The notes below the pieces were generated by a model. The model made no database searches. It had not been told where the DNA came from and saw only the letters and a list, made by a program, of their open reading frames with translations. The position numbers and the translations under genes were made by a program. A DNA stretch of 60,978 nucleotides, filler included. It is 7 parts of 7 records of this genome, joined end to end, with 100 filler letters (N's around TTAATTAATTAA, not from the genome) between each part and the next. Parts side by side here need not be neighbours in the genome. Positions count along the whole stretch, not along the records: positions 20,736 to 34,758 come from SRR31147125_52216; positions 34,859 to 42,311 come from SRR31147125_52250; positions 42,412 to 55,481 come from SRR31147125_52296; 4 more parts are not named here. One strand, given 5' to 3'. Positions 32,710-42,869 of the stretch are shown piece after piece; the stretch's first letter is position 1; each line of letters starts with the position of its first letter.

Positions 32710-33672
32710 GTGTTGTCATTGGATTCAATTTCTTCTACGCCGCATTCTTCACGACAGAGTAAAGGGATGCCTTCTGAAGTCAGCGGTATTCTATTTCTTG
32801 TCCCGGCTTTTTTTATATGGGGAATCAGCCCTGTCTATTGGAAAGCGCTTTCCCATGTCTCATCCATGGAGTTGTTGTTTCAACGGGTGTTTTGGTCGTT
32901 TGTCGCCCTGCTTGCCATTGTGGCGTACCAGGGAAAACTCCATGAACTGAAATCGATTCTGAAAAGTGCATCGGCAATGGGGGCGTTGCTCGGCAGTACG
33001 CTTGTTCTTTCAGTGAACTGGTTTTTGTTCATTTGGGCGGTGAACAACGGGCAAGTACTTCAAACCAGCCTGGGATATTATATCAATCCGCTGATCATGG
33101 TCTTTCTCGGGATGATTTTTCTGAAAGAGCGACTTCGACGCATGCAGTTGGCTGCGCTGTTGATTGCCGGAGGCGGGGTCTTGTATTATGCTGTGGGGTT
33201 GGGGGAATTTCCTTGGATCGCCCTCAGTATTGCGTTTTCCTTCGGTATTTATGGGTTGTTTCATAAAATGACCCCGATTTCATCCTTGACCGGGCTTTGC
33301 GTGGAGACCATGATACTCTCCGTACCCGCACTCTGTTTTGTGGTCCGGTGGCAAATTCAAGGAACCTCAGCTCTGTTTCATGTGAATCTTCAAACCGATT
33401 TCCTGTTGGTGGGCACCAATTTGGTGACGGCGCTGCCCCTCATGCTCTTCATCGTGGGAGCCCGGATGAGTAGCATGACGACTGTTGGATTCACGCAGTA
33501 CCTGGCGCCGAGTATCACTTTCATTTTGGCGGTATTGATCTATCACGAACCCTTCTCCCATGAACGGCTTTTGACCTTCATCCTGATCTGGATCGCGCTG
33601 GCGATTTACAGCGCCGATTCCGTTATCACTTACCGAAGGCGAAAACGAAGCGGGATGAAAATTCCTTACTAG
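32710..33672 (+). CDS. rarD: EamA-family transporter RarD
   Basis: SLGYYINPL, ERL and GFTQYLAPS; about ten TM segments. Confidence 0.92.
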   Translation: MLSLDSISSTPHSSRQSKGMPSEVSGILFLVPAFFIWGISPVYWKALSHVSSMELLFQRVFWSFVALLAIVAYQGKLHELKSILKSASAMGALLGSTLVLSVNWFLFIWAVNNGQVLQTSLGYYINPLIMVFLGMIFLKERLRRMQLAALLIAGGGVLYYAVGLGEFPWIALSIAFSFGIYGLFHKMTPISSLTGLCVETMILSVPALCFVVRWQIQGTSALFHVNLQTDFLLVGTNLVTALPLMLFIVGARMSSMTTVGFTQYLAPSITFILAVLIYHEPFSHERLLTFILIWIALAIYSADSVITYRRRKRSGMKIPY

Positions 33673-33701
33673 AAATCGATATCAGCCATTGATGACATCC
33701 A

Positions 33702-34645
33702 TCAGGCTTCTTCATCACAAAAGTCGGACCCGGAAAGCTTCTGTTCCGTGAGATAGGCGATCAATGCATCCAGACCGGTAAGGGGACTAGGAGAGGGGGA
33801 GGCTCAAAACCGATGCTTTTGGGGATAGAGTGGGAAGCGATTGTTCCAAAAAACTCATGTTTTGATGGTCGGCTACAACCTTGTTCCAGATGATCTTTTT
33901 CACAAGGATACCGTTTTTCTCAAGTTCATCATGAACTCTTCTGGTTTCCGAAACCGCAAGGGCGTTATTATTGAGCACGGCATTGACGGCAGTGATTGTC
34001 CCATCTTGAAAGATCTTTGATGCGGCCTGATATCTTTTCTTCATCTTCTTGATACGATTCAGCACCCTATCCCCTTTGAATTCTTGCTGTCCCGGCCGGA
34101 TTCGATGAATGATCTCCTTTTTTTCTCTGATCTCGTTTCTCAATATTTCCAGGTGTTCAATCCATTTTGCCGACAAATAAGGCAGATGGAAGAACTTGAG
34201 TGCCAGGGCTGTCGGGGGCATATCGAAAATAAGATAATCCAAATCCTTGTAGGTTGACAGCAGATTTTCGAATGCCAGAAAAAGGGCATACTCCTCAAGT
34301 CCTGGAGAGTATTTCAGTATGTTGAAATATCCCTCCAGATTGAATGCCGTCAGGTATGAGTACGTGCGCTTCAGCTCATTTTGTGTCTCGGTCAAGTATC
34401 TTTTGATCAGCAGTTCCTGGTCGATTTCCGCACCAAGAAGACCGGGTACGATCTCTTTGGGTTGGTGCGTCAATGCCATCTGAAAAATATCAGAAAGGTT
34501 ATGTGCCGCATCCATAGAGGCCAGAAGCACTTTTTTTGTCATTGGTAAGGGCAAGTGCGGAAAATGCCGACACGGTGGATTTTCCCGTTCCACCTTTTCC
34601 AACATAAAAGATGATTCGGGGACCTTTGATTTGTGAATCCATCAT
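33702..34645 (-). CDS. Single-domain ArsA/Get3-family ATPase; frameshifts near 34533 and 33795
   Basis: GKGGTGKST, SMDAAHNL, PGLEE, FDMPPT and PLTGLDAL distributed across frames. Confidence 0.85.
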
Positions 34646-34758
34646 TGGGTATAAAAATGGCCTTTCATGTGTTGTGATGACGGTGAGGGGTAGGGATGCC
34701 ATGGCTGATATTTCTGAGAGGAAAGTAGAGTAAGGGAGTCAGCGATTATTGATTTACC

Positions 34759-34858
34759 NNNNNNNNNNNNNNNNNNNNNNNNNNNNNNNNNNNNNNNNNN
34801 NNTTAATTAATTAANNNNNNNNNNNNNNNNNNNNNNNNNNNNNNNNNNNNNNNNNNNN
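34759..34858. other. Artificial contig linker
   Basis: N run containing TTAATTAATTAA. Confidence 0.98.
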
Positions 34859-34873
34859 AATTTATAATTGTGT

Positions 34874-35157
34874 AAATGCAATGACGGAAAAGAGTAGTTA
34901 TATAAAGGCTATTAAAGAGAATCAGCGTTTTGGTGAAAGCTGTATAGCACGATTATAATGAAGATGGCTTCAAGAGCAGCATGGGTGAATGATTAGCTTG
35001 TGACGGATATGGGAACGTTATAACCCAAACTAAATCGCGCTGTAGGTAATATTTTTCGGTTTAGGCAAGAGATGAATGTGAGATTTTTTTAATTTTCATG
35101 TTTGAATAAGGGTGGTACCACGATAGCTCGTCCCTTTTGTAGGGTGGGGCTTTTTTA
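34874..35157 (+). ncRNA. T-box riboswitch leader (Met-specific)
   Basis: Stem-I AGAGA and GGTGAAA motifs, candidate specifier AUG at 34964-34966, T-box AATAAGGGTGGTACCACG at 35105-35122, then a terminator with a U run; upstream of metG. Confidence 0.92.
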
Positions 35158-35180
35158 TATGTAATTAAACGGAGGTTTAT

Positions 35181-37109
35181 ATGAAAGAGAAGTATTATAT
35201 TACGACGGCTATAGCATACACATCAAAGACGCCTCACATAGGTAATACATATGAGGCAGTATTAGCCGATGCAATTGCAAGGTTTAAGCGCCAAATAGGC
35301 TATGATGTATTCTTTTTGACAGGTACTGATGAGCACGGTCAAAAAATAGAAAACCAAGCAAAAGAAATGGGTATAGCACCTAAAGAGCATGTTGATAACA
35401 TTGCAGCAGAAGTTAAGGAAATCTGGGATTTTATGGGTACGAGTTATGATAAATTCATAAGAACTACTGATGATTACCATGAAGCGGCTGTACAAAAAAC
35501 ATTTGAAAAACTATATAAACAAGGTGATATATACAAAGGCTCATATGAAGGCTGGTACTGTACATCATGCGAATCATTCTATACAGAGGGGCAGCTGAAT
35601 GAAGGTAAATGTCCAGATTGTGGTGACACTGTTGACAAGGCGAAAGAAGAAGCTTACTTTTTAAAGCTTTCAAAGTATCAAGATAGGTTGATGAAGCATA
35701 TTGAAGAGAATCCTGAATTTATTCAGCCTGAATCCCGTAAAAATGAGATGGTTAATAACTTCATCAAACCAGGGCTGCAGGATTTATGTGTATCAAGAAC
35801 ATCATTTACATGGGGCGTACCTGTAACGTTTGATGAAAATCATGTAGTGTATGTATGGATTGATGCGCTTTCAAATTATATTACGGCATTAGGGTATGAC
35901 ACTGAAACAGATGCTCCATTATATAATAAATACTGGCCTGCTGATGTTCATTTAATAGGTAAAGATATATTAAGATTCCACACAATTTATTGGCCTATTA
36001 TGCTTATGGCACTAGATGTTGAACTGCCAAAGCAGGTTTTTGGTCACCCATGGCTTTTGCAGGGTACTGATAAAATGAGCAAGTCAAAGGGCAATACAAT
36101 ATATGCAAAGCAATTGGTTAATCATTTTGGCGTAGATGCAGTAAGGTATTATCTGCTTCATGAAATGCCATTTGCCAACGATGGATCTTTGACATATAGT
36201 TTGTTAATTGAAAGAATAAACGCAGAACTTGCAAATATATTAGGAAACCTGGTTAACAGAACTATTGCAATGAGCAAAAAGTATTTTAACTCAAAGATAA
36301 TGGCTCCAACTGAACTAGAAGACATTGACAAAGAGTTGATGGACTTGGCATTAGCTACTCCTGCAAAACTGGTTAAATCTATGGATGAACTAAAAGTAGC
36401 TGATGCAATAAGCTATGTATTTGAACTATTGAGAAGATCAAATAAATATATTGACGAAACTTATCCATGGCTGCTTGCTAAGGATGAAAGCAAAAAGGGA
36501 CGCCTAGGAACTGTATTGTATAACTTGCTAGAAAGCATTAGGTTCTCTGCTGTAATGTTAGCGTCATTTATGCCAGAAACAGCTAAAAAAATATTTAAGC
36601 AAATAAACACTACAGTAACTGACTGGGACAGTTTAAGCAGCTTTGACGGAATGAAAGCAGACGATACATTAGGTGAAGGCGAAATACTATTTGCCAGAAT
36701 CGACGCTGAAAAAAAATTAGCTGAAATTGATGAAGAAAACGAAAAGAATTTGCCAAAAGACAATATTGAGATAGTGTCGAAGCCTGAAATAACAATTGAT
36801 GATTTTGATAAAATTGATATTAAAGTTGGAAAAGTATTGGAATGCAAAAAGCTTAAAAAATCTAAAAAACTGCTTGTATCTAAAGTGAAGATAGGCAATC
36901 AAGTTAGGCAGATAGTTTCTGGAATAGCTAATTACTATGATCCAAAGGATATGGTTGGCAAGAATGTAATGGTAATAATAAACTTGAAACCAGTTAAGCT
37001 TTGTGGTGAATTATCAGAAGGCATGATATTAGCGGCACAAAATGAAGATGGTTCTTTAGTTGTATGTTCCCCAGAAACTGAAGTTACAGATGGGTGCACA
37101 GTAAGCTGA
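35181..37109 (+). CDS. metG: Methionine--tRNA ligase
   Basis: HIGN, GTDEHG and KMSKS motifs, a zinc knuckle and a C-terminal tRNA-binding domain. Confidence 0.97.
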   Translation: MKEKYYITTAIAYTSKTPHIGNTYEAVLADAIARFKRQIGYDVFFLTGTDEHGQKIENQAKEMGIAPKEHVDNIAAEVKEIWDFMGTSYDKFIRTTDDYHEAAVQKTFEKLYKQGDIYKGSYEGWYCTSCESFYTEGQLNEGKCPDCGDTVDKAKEEAYFLKLSKYQDRLMKHIEENPEFIQPESRKNEMVNNFIKPGLQDLCVSRTSFTWGVPVTFDENHVVYVWIDALSNYITALGYDTETDAPLYNKYWPADVHLIGKDILRFHTIYWPIMLMALDVELPKQVFGHPWLLQGTDKMSKSKGNTIYAKQLVNHFGVDAVRYYLLHEMPFANDGSLTYSLLIERINAELANILGNLVNRTIAMSKKYFNSKIMAPTELEDIDKELMDLALATPAKLVKSMDELKVADAISYVFELLRRSNKYIDETYPWLLAKDESKKGRLGTVLYNLLESIRFSAVMLASFMPETAKKIFKQINTTVTDWDSLSSFDGMKADDTLGEGEILFARIDAEKKLAEIDEENEKNLPKDNIEIVSKPEITIDDFDKIDIKVGKVLECKKLKKSKKLLVSKVKIGNQVRQIVSGIANYYDPKDMVGKNVMVIINLKPVKLCGELSEGMILAAQNEDGSLVVCSPETEVTDGCTVS

Positions 37110-37879
37110 TGAAACTATTTGATACACATACTCATCTGTATGATGAAAGATTTGATAAGGACAGAGATGAATTAATATCCAACCTTAAGGAACATAATGT
37201 TGCTAAAGTAGTTACATTAGGCACGAATATTGAAACATCAAAAGAATGTATAGATACTGCAAACAAATATGAGGATGTATATGCTACCGTTGGCATACAT
37301 CCTCATGATGCTAAAGATTTTAAAGATGGAGATATTGAAATCTTAAAAGAATTAGCAAAGGACGATAAGGTTGTTGCCATTGGTGAAATCGGTCTTGATT
37401 ATCACTATGATTTTTCTCCTAAAGATATGCAGATGAAGGCGTTTAGCTTTCAAATGGAGATTGCAAAAAGATTGCATTTACCTGCTGTATATCATGTACG
37501 TGAAGCATTTGGAGACTTTATACCTATGGTACAAAAAGGTAAAACAGTAAATAATGCTGTAATGCACTGCTATGGAGGATCTAAAGAAAGTGCTAAAATT
37601 TGTTTAGATGCAGGTATGATGATTTCCTTTACAGGGGTTATTACCTTTAAAAATGCTAATAAGATAAGGGAGGTAGTAAAATACATTCCATTAGATAGAT
37701 TAATGATAGAGACGGATTGTCCCTATATGGCGCCCGTACCGTTTAGAGGCAAGAGAAATCAGCCGGCATATGTCATTGAAGTTGCAAGGGCTATGGCGGA
37801 AATAAAGGGAAAGACTGTTGAGGAATTAGCTGAGATAACATATAATAACGCTATAAGATTTTTCAATCTAGATCAATAA
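37109..37879 (+). CDS. tatD: TatD-family hydrolase
   Basis: DTHTH, GEIGLDY and ETDCPY; TGATG overlap with metG. Confidence 0.95.
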   Translation: MKLFDTHTHLYDERFDKDRDELISNLKEHNVAKVVTLGTNIETSKECIDTANKYEDVYATVGIHPHDAKDFKDGDIEILKELAKDDKVVAIGEIGLDYHYDFSPKDMQMKAFSFQMEIAKRLHLPAVYHVREAFGDFIPMVQKGKTVNNAVMHCYGGSKESAKICLDAGMMISFTGVITFKNANKIREVVKYIPLDRLMIETDCPYMAPVPFRGKRNQPAYVIEVARAMAEIKGKTVEELAEITYNNAIRFFNLDQ

Positions 37880-37888
37880 ATTACATAA

Positions 37889-38524
37889 ATGATTAAGGGT
37901 AGTAAAAAAGATAATGAGAAAAAAGATAATATATATGTATATGAATTACATGACAATTTATATATAAACTTAACAAATAAATGTACAAGCAACTGCGAAT
38001 TTTGTGTACGTAACCAAAAAGATGGTATTGGTGATGATGTTCTATGGTTGGAAAAAGAGCCGACAGTAGATGATATCTTAGAGCAGCTTGATAACTTTGA
38101 TGTAACATCATATAAGCAAATTGTATATTGCGGTTATGGGGAACCAACATTAAGATTAGATATATTGTTAGAGAGTGCAAAGATAATAAAAGAAAAGTAT
38201 AGATTGCCTATTCGCATTAATACAAATGGTCATGTAAATCTATATTATGAAAAGGATGTTACACCTCAATTTAACGGTCTTATCGATAGAATATCCATAT
38301 CTTTAAATCACAGTGATGCAGTTGAATATGATAAAATATGCCATAGTAAATATGGGATTAATGCATTAAAAGGGTTGATTGATTTTGCAGAAAAATGCAA
38401 AAAACATATACCTAATGTTACGCTGACAATAGTTGACATATTACCGGAAAAAGTACAGAATGAATGCAAATTAATTGCAGATAGAATTGGTGTAAGTTTA
38501 AGAATACGAAAACTTATTGATTAG
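37889..38524 (+). CDS. TatD-associated radical SAM protein
   Basis: TNKCTSNCEFC, CGYGEP and RINTNG; adjacent to tatD. Confidence 0.9.
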   Translation: MIKGSKKDNEKKDNIYVYELHDNLYINLTNKCTSNCEFCVRNQKDGIGDDVLWLEKEPTVDDILEQLDNFDVTSYKQIVYCGYGEPTLRLDILLESAKIIKEKYRLPIRINTNGHVNLYYEKDVTPQFNGLIDRISISLNHSDAVEYDKICHSKYGINALKGLIDFAEKCKKHIPNVTLTIVDILPEKVQNECKLIADRIGVSLRIRKLID

Positions 38525-39923
38525 AATTTATTTCTTCATTATCCAAATACGAATAAGGGTGAGCAAAAGTTATCGGATATTTATTAGCAGATGGCTTTGT
38601 GAAAGTAATAAGACCATCTTTATTGAAGGTAACCACAATTTCTGCATTAACATATATAGATATACCATCAATATCATCTATACTTCCATAAGGTTTTGTG
38701 CTCGTAAATATTAAATCACCAGGCTGCAAGTTGTCTTTGGATATGAGAAGTGAATTGGTTTTACAAAAACTTAATTGTTTTTCTAAGGTTTTAGGGAATT
38801 GTTCAAATCCCACATTTTCCATACACCATCCTATAAAAGCAGAGTTATCACGGTAGTGAGTAAGTGAAGAATAGTCTTTGTCAAAAGACATAATATTTCT
38901 TGCAGCAAACTCAATTAACTCGTAATTAATTATGCATTTGTTTTCAGGGGTTATTCCAAGATAGGCTAAAGATTCGGTAGATGGTTCAAGGGATAAGCAT
39001 CTTATGGATTGTCTTATATCTTTTCCTTCAGTTAAAGGAGATAAATCATATAAAGGAGTATCTACGCTTTGTTCAAGTTCATTAATTATGTCGCTATGAG
39101 TTAAGATTTCTCCGTTTTCGCTTTGCAGAAATGACACATAGAATAGCGATGATTTTTTATTTTGTTTATTAATATAATCAATAGCTTCTTCAATGCTATA
39201 TTCACTAGAAAGAAGTATTTCAAATGATTCAATATTCATCTGTTCTTGGTTTTCTTTCACTATATTAATTATCACATTGCTGTAATCATCGTCATCGCAT
39301 AGGAATAATAAGTTTTTTGATAGAGGAGAAATTGTTTTGGAAACCATAATTGTATTAGCAATGGTTTTACTTACTGAGGAAATAGGTGTAATAGTATCGT
39401 GAACTACTTGGCTGCTAGCGCCATACAACAATATCTGAGAAGAAGGGAAAAACAAATCTTTTATTTCTTTAGAAGCAGTAACTGCATTATCTCCTATTGA
39501 TATAATATGGTGATAATCTTTTTTATGATATATTCTCAGCAATAGGCTATTATTTATATTATCTAAAATTGAAGCCCCATTACTAATAGTATCTATCAGC
39601 ACTAGATCATAATTGGAGTCGGGTATACTGTCTAACAAGTTTTTTAGCAGATAGAAATTGGAATATGAATCATCGTTGTAGTCAGTATAATCCATTACAA
39701 CTAAAATCTTTGAATTAGAGAAATTTTCTTCATCGCAGCCTGTTGAATCTTTAGAATTGTAATTAAAAACATAATGAGCAGTAGATGCAGGTAAATCTCT
39801 CCTGAAAAATGAATAAGCTATCAAAAATAATAGAGCTACAATTATTAGCAGTGCAAATTTAGAATAATATAAGAATCTATCCAATCTGCTGCTTTGATTA
39901 ATATGTTCTGCTTGTTCGCTCAT
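38514..39923 (-). CDS. Membrane-anchored protein with a binding-protein-like domain and a degenerate NlpC/P60 domain
   Basis: N-terminal TM; IISIGDNA...ILLYG region; C-terminal RDNSAFIGWC...LQPGDLIF...IDGISIYV. Confidence 0.6.
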   Translation of the reverse strand: MSEQAEHINQSSRLDRFLYYSKFALLIIVALLFLIAYSFFRRDLPASTAHYVFNYNSKDSTGCDEENFSNSKILVVMDYTDYNDDSYSNFYLLKNLLDSIPDSNYDLVLIDTISNGASILDNINNSLLLRIYHKKDYHHIISIGDNAVTASKEIKDLFFPSSQILLYGASSQVVHDTITPISSVSKTIANTIMVSKTISPLSKNLLFLCDDDDYSNVIINIVKENQEQMNIESFEILLSSEYSIEEAIDYINKQNKKSSLFYVSFLQSENGEILTHSDIINELEQSVDTPLYDLSPLTEGKDIRQSIRCLSLEPSTESLAYLGITPENKCIINYELIEFAARNIMSFDKDYSSLTHYRDNSAFIGWCMENVGFEQFPKTLEKQLSFCKTNSLLISKDNLQPGDLIFTSTKPYGSIDDIDGISIYVNAEIVVTFNKDGLITFTKPSANKYPITFAHPYSYLDNEEINSNQ

Positions 39924-39975
39924 TCTTAATATTTCCTCATCAATAATCTACTATCTTTATATATATCATAATAAC

Positions 39976-40004
39976 AAAAAAGGTTCACCTTTTCAAGTGA
40001 ACCT
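39976..40004 (-). terminator. Intrinsic terminator
   Basis: AGGTTCAC/GTGAACCT stem followed by a U run on the minus strand. Confidence 0.7.
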
Positions 40005-40023
40005 AAAGTGTATTTTACAAATA

Positions 40024-40782
40024 TTAGTTAGATACAATAACTACAACTTGAACATTTGCAGTTACATCTACTTCACCGCTCATAATAGGAGTGGAGTAAT
40101 TTGAATCAGCATCATCTAAAGTTTTTACCGCAGCATAATCATAATATCCTTGTGAATAATATGTCTCATCACTAATGTTTTTTACACCTAAAACCTTTAC
40201 ATTAGCTGCACTAGCGATTATATCAGCTTTTCGTAGTGCATCTTCTACTGCTTTTGACAAAGCATCTTCCTGAGATGCTACTGTATCTTCAGCGTCAAAA
40301 TATATATTGTATGCTCTGTTTGCACCGGCTTCTGTAGCGATGTCTATTACATCACCTAAAATGTCCAAGTCTTTAACTCTTAATTTTACTGTGTTGCTTA
40401 CAATATAGTATTCAGGCTCTTCACTGCGTGAGCCACTATCATAGTTATAATATGGATTTATTGAGTAATTACTGGTGGTAATATCTTCATCAGTTAATCC
40501 TTTTTCTTTTACTGCCTTTATTACTTTATCCATTGCCTGCGCATTTTCATCCTGCGCTTCCTTTACGTTCTTATTTTGGGTCTCCACGCCCAGTTGAATG
40601 TACCCAACATCAGCCGGAACCGAAATCTCACATGTACCGGATACACTGATTGTTGATAATGTTTCTTCAGTTGTATGGTCTACATAAGCAGTATCTTTAT
40701 TTAACACTAATGCTAATGAAAATGATCCGATTATAAGTACTGCTACTATTGCTACTAGTAAAATAATTTGTTTTATACTCAT
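40024..40782 (-). CDS. SIMPL (DUF541) domain protein
   Basis: TISVSG...PADVGYIQLGV, ITTSNYSINP and AVEDALRKA. Confidence 0.9.
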   Translation of the reverse strand: MSIKQIILLVAIVAVLIIGSFSLALVLNKDTAYVDHTTEETLSTISVSGTCEISVPADVGYIQLGVETQNKNVKEAQDENAQAMDKVIKAVKEKGLTDEDITTSNYSINPYYNYDSGSRSEEPEYYIVSNTVKLRVKDLDILGDVIDIATEAGANRAYNIYFDAEDTVASQEDALSKAVEDALRKADIIASAANVKVLGVKNISDETYYSQGYYDYAAVKTLDDADSNYSTPIMSGEVDVTANVQVVVIVSN

Positions 40783-40791
40783 AATAATCTC

Positions 40792-41661
40792 CTATCTTAA
40801 TACGATATACACATATCCTGTATTTTGCAAGTCAGCCAGTTCTTCATTATAATTATCATATTCTAAAAACAATTCTGCATCGTAATCAATATTGTGTGAA
40901 TATTCCGTGCCTATTTCGTCTGCAATACGTTGTACTTGTTCAATAGTCATAATTACCCGTATTTGCTTATACTCTAATGGTTCATCATACTCTGATATTA
41001 TCCAGCTGGTATCAGGTAGTGGATCAGGGAAGAGTTCAAGCAGCTTTTCGTATACTTCATCAATGTTTTCAACATCCAGAATCAAAACCCTTGAATTGCC
41101 TTGCTCTAAGTAATGGTAGCTATCTTCTAAGGCTGATTTTTCTTCACCTTCTTCAGTAGCTTTTGCTGAATCGTTTCTTGATCCAGCACCATCAATAGAA
41201 GATGTACTATCTTGAGGAGATGTTTCAGTCTCACCAAAATTTGACAGTTCCATGTCGCTCTCTATCGACTTCTCTGGTGCTTCTGCAGCCTCTTCAATAG
41301 CCATATTAGTGGTATTATCAAACATATTTTGATTAGGTAAAATGCTGATTACCGCTACAACTAATAGCAATGAACACGCACTTAATGCAGCTATTTTCAC
41401 TCCTGTTGATAGCCGTTTTTTTGGCTTTACTGGGTTTTCTAATTCTCGTTGCAAAGCAAAGTGCAGCTTGTTGCTAAATCCTTTTGGAAGTTCTTGCTCC
41501 TTTATTGATGACAAATCGTTAAGCATTTGGTTCATTACTTCGTAGTATCTTGAGCACGATTCACAATTTTGAATATGATGTAATACAGACTGTAACTCAT
41601 TGTTATTAATACAGTCATTATGCATTTTATCTATTGTTTTTTTGCATTTATAACAATTCAT
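40792..41661 (-). CDS. Anti-sigma factor (zf-HC2)
   Basis: MNC...HIQNCESC motif and a single TM; overlaps the sigma factor stop. Confidence 0.85.
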   Translation of the reverse strand: MNCYKCKKTIDKMHNDCINNNELQSVLHHIQNCESCSRYYEVMNQMLNDLSSIKEQELPKGFSNKLHFALQRELENPVKPKKRLSTGVKIAALSACSLLLVVAVISILPNQNMFDNTTNMAIEEAAEAPEKSIESDMELSNFGETETSPQDSTSSIDGAGSRNDSAKATEEGEEKSALEDSYHYLEQGNSRVLILDVENIDEVYEKLLELFPDPLPDTSWIISEYDEPLEYKQIRVIMTIEQVQRIADEIGTEYSHNIDYDAELFLEYDNYNEELADLQNTGYVYIVLR

Positions 41662-42251
41662 TACTTAGCCTCCTTACATATTTTTTGACGTACTGTACTC
41701 GGATATAGTTCCATTTCGATACAGATATTTGCTAGTTTTTTTCTAGAGCGGGACAGTCTGGATCGTACAGTACCGACTGGACAGCTTAATATTCCGCTGA
41801 TTTCTTCGTATGAATAGCCTTGAACATCCTTTAAAACTATTATTAATTTCTCTTTTGGTTCTAATTTATCCATTGCTTGTGTTATCCCGCACCTTAAATC
41901 ACTATCGTTAGTAAAGCTTTGAGATTTTTCATCCTTTAATGTGTGACCTTTTTCTTTTAAGTCTTCAATTGACTGGGTGTTGTTTTTTCTTTTTCTTAGT
42001 TCATCCAAGCATGTATTTATAGCAATCTTATATAGCCATGTTGAAAATGCTGCTTTAAGATTAAACTTTTTTAAACTTCTCCATGCTTTTATAAGCGCTT
42101 CCTGCGCCATGTCTTGGGCGTCCTGCTCATTTTTCATCATTCTTAAGCAGAGGTTATATATTCTTTTTTGATTAGAGCTTACAAGCTCTTCAAACGCAGA
42201 TATATCTCCGTTCAAAGCTCGTTTTAAAAGCTCTTTGTCTTTGTTGCACAT
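41661..42251 (-). CDS. ECF sigma-70 factor
   Basis: DAQDMAQE, FSTWLYKIAIN and SYEEIS...GTVRSRLSR. Confidence 0.95.
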   Translation of the reverse strand: MCNKDKELLKRALNGDISAFEELVSSNQKRIYNLCLRMMKNEQDAQDMAQEALIKAWRSLKKFNLKAAFSTWLYKIAINTCLDELRKRKNNTQSIEDLKEKGHTLKDEKSQSFTNDSDLRCGITQAMDKLEPKEKLIIVLKDVQGYSYEEISGILSCPVGTVRSRLSRSRKKLANICIEMELYPSTVRQKICKEAK

Positions 42252-42311
42252 AAACACTCTTCCTTTGTTGATTATTTTTTTATTATAGCACAGCATTTAT
42301 CTTTGTAAATA

Positions 42312-42411
42312 NNNNNNNNNNNNNNNNNNNNNNNNNNNNNNNNNNNNNNNNNNNNTTAATTAATTAANNNNNNNNNNNNNNNNNNNNNNNNNNNNNNNNN
42401 NNNNNNNNNNN
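42312..42411. other. Artificial contig linker
   Basis: N run containing TTAATTAATTAA. Confidence 0.98.
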
Positions 42412-42826
42412 GTCTGGCTCCCTCCTCTCCGCCGGAAACACCGGTGCCGATAAAGAGAATACCCTTGTCACGCAGCTCTTTGGTCCTGCGGGTTGAATCG
42501 GGAAAATGGGAATTGCCGCCGTCAATAATAATGTCTCCCTCTTCGAGATAGGGAAGCACCATATCAATAAATATATCTACGACTTCACCGGCTTTCACCA
42601 TCAGCATGACTTTACGTGGACGCTTCAGTGATGCGACCAACTCCTCTACTGAGTAGGTGCCGTAAATTGTATCCCGCCCGGCAGCGGCATCATTAAGAAA
42701 ATCATCGACTTTAGATGTCGTCCGGTTGAACACAGCTACCGAATATCCGTGATCATTCATATTCAAAACCAGGTTCTGACCCATTACCGCCAGCCCAATC
42801 AATCCGATATCAGCTTTTTTATCCAT
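42412..42826 (-). CDS. gnd: 6-phosphogluconate dehydrogenase (decarboxylating); 3'-partial
   Basis: IGLIGLAVMGQNL, LMVKAG, DGGNS and GVSGGEEGAR. Confidence 0.96.
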
Positions 42827-42869
42827 AATTCTGTTCTCCTTATTCAATATGTAATTATATTTCTCACAG

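Noticed and set aside
33702-34645. Arsenic resistance operon
   Set aside because: A single-domain ArsA-like ATPase with no arsB/C/R/D neighbours in view.
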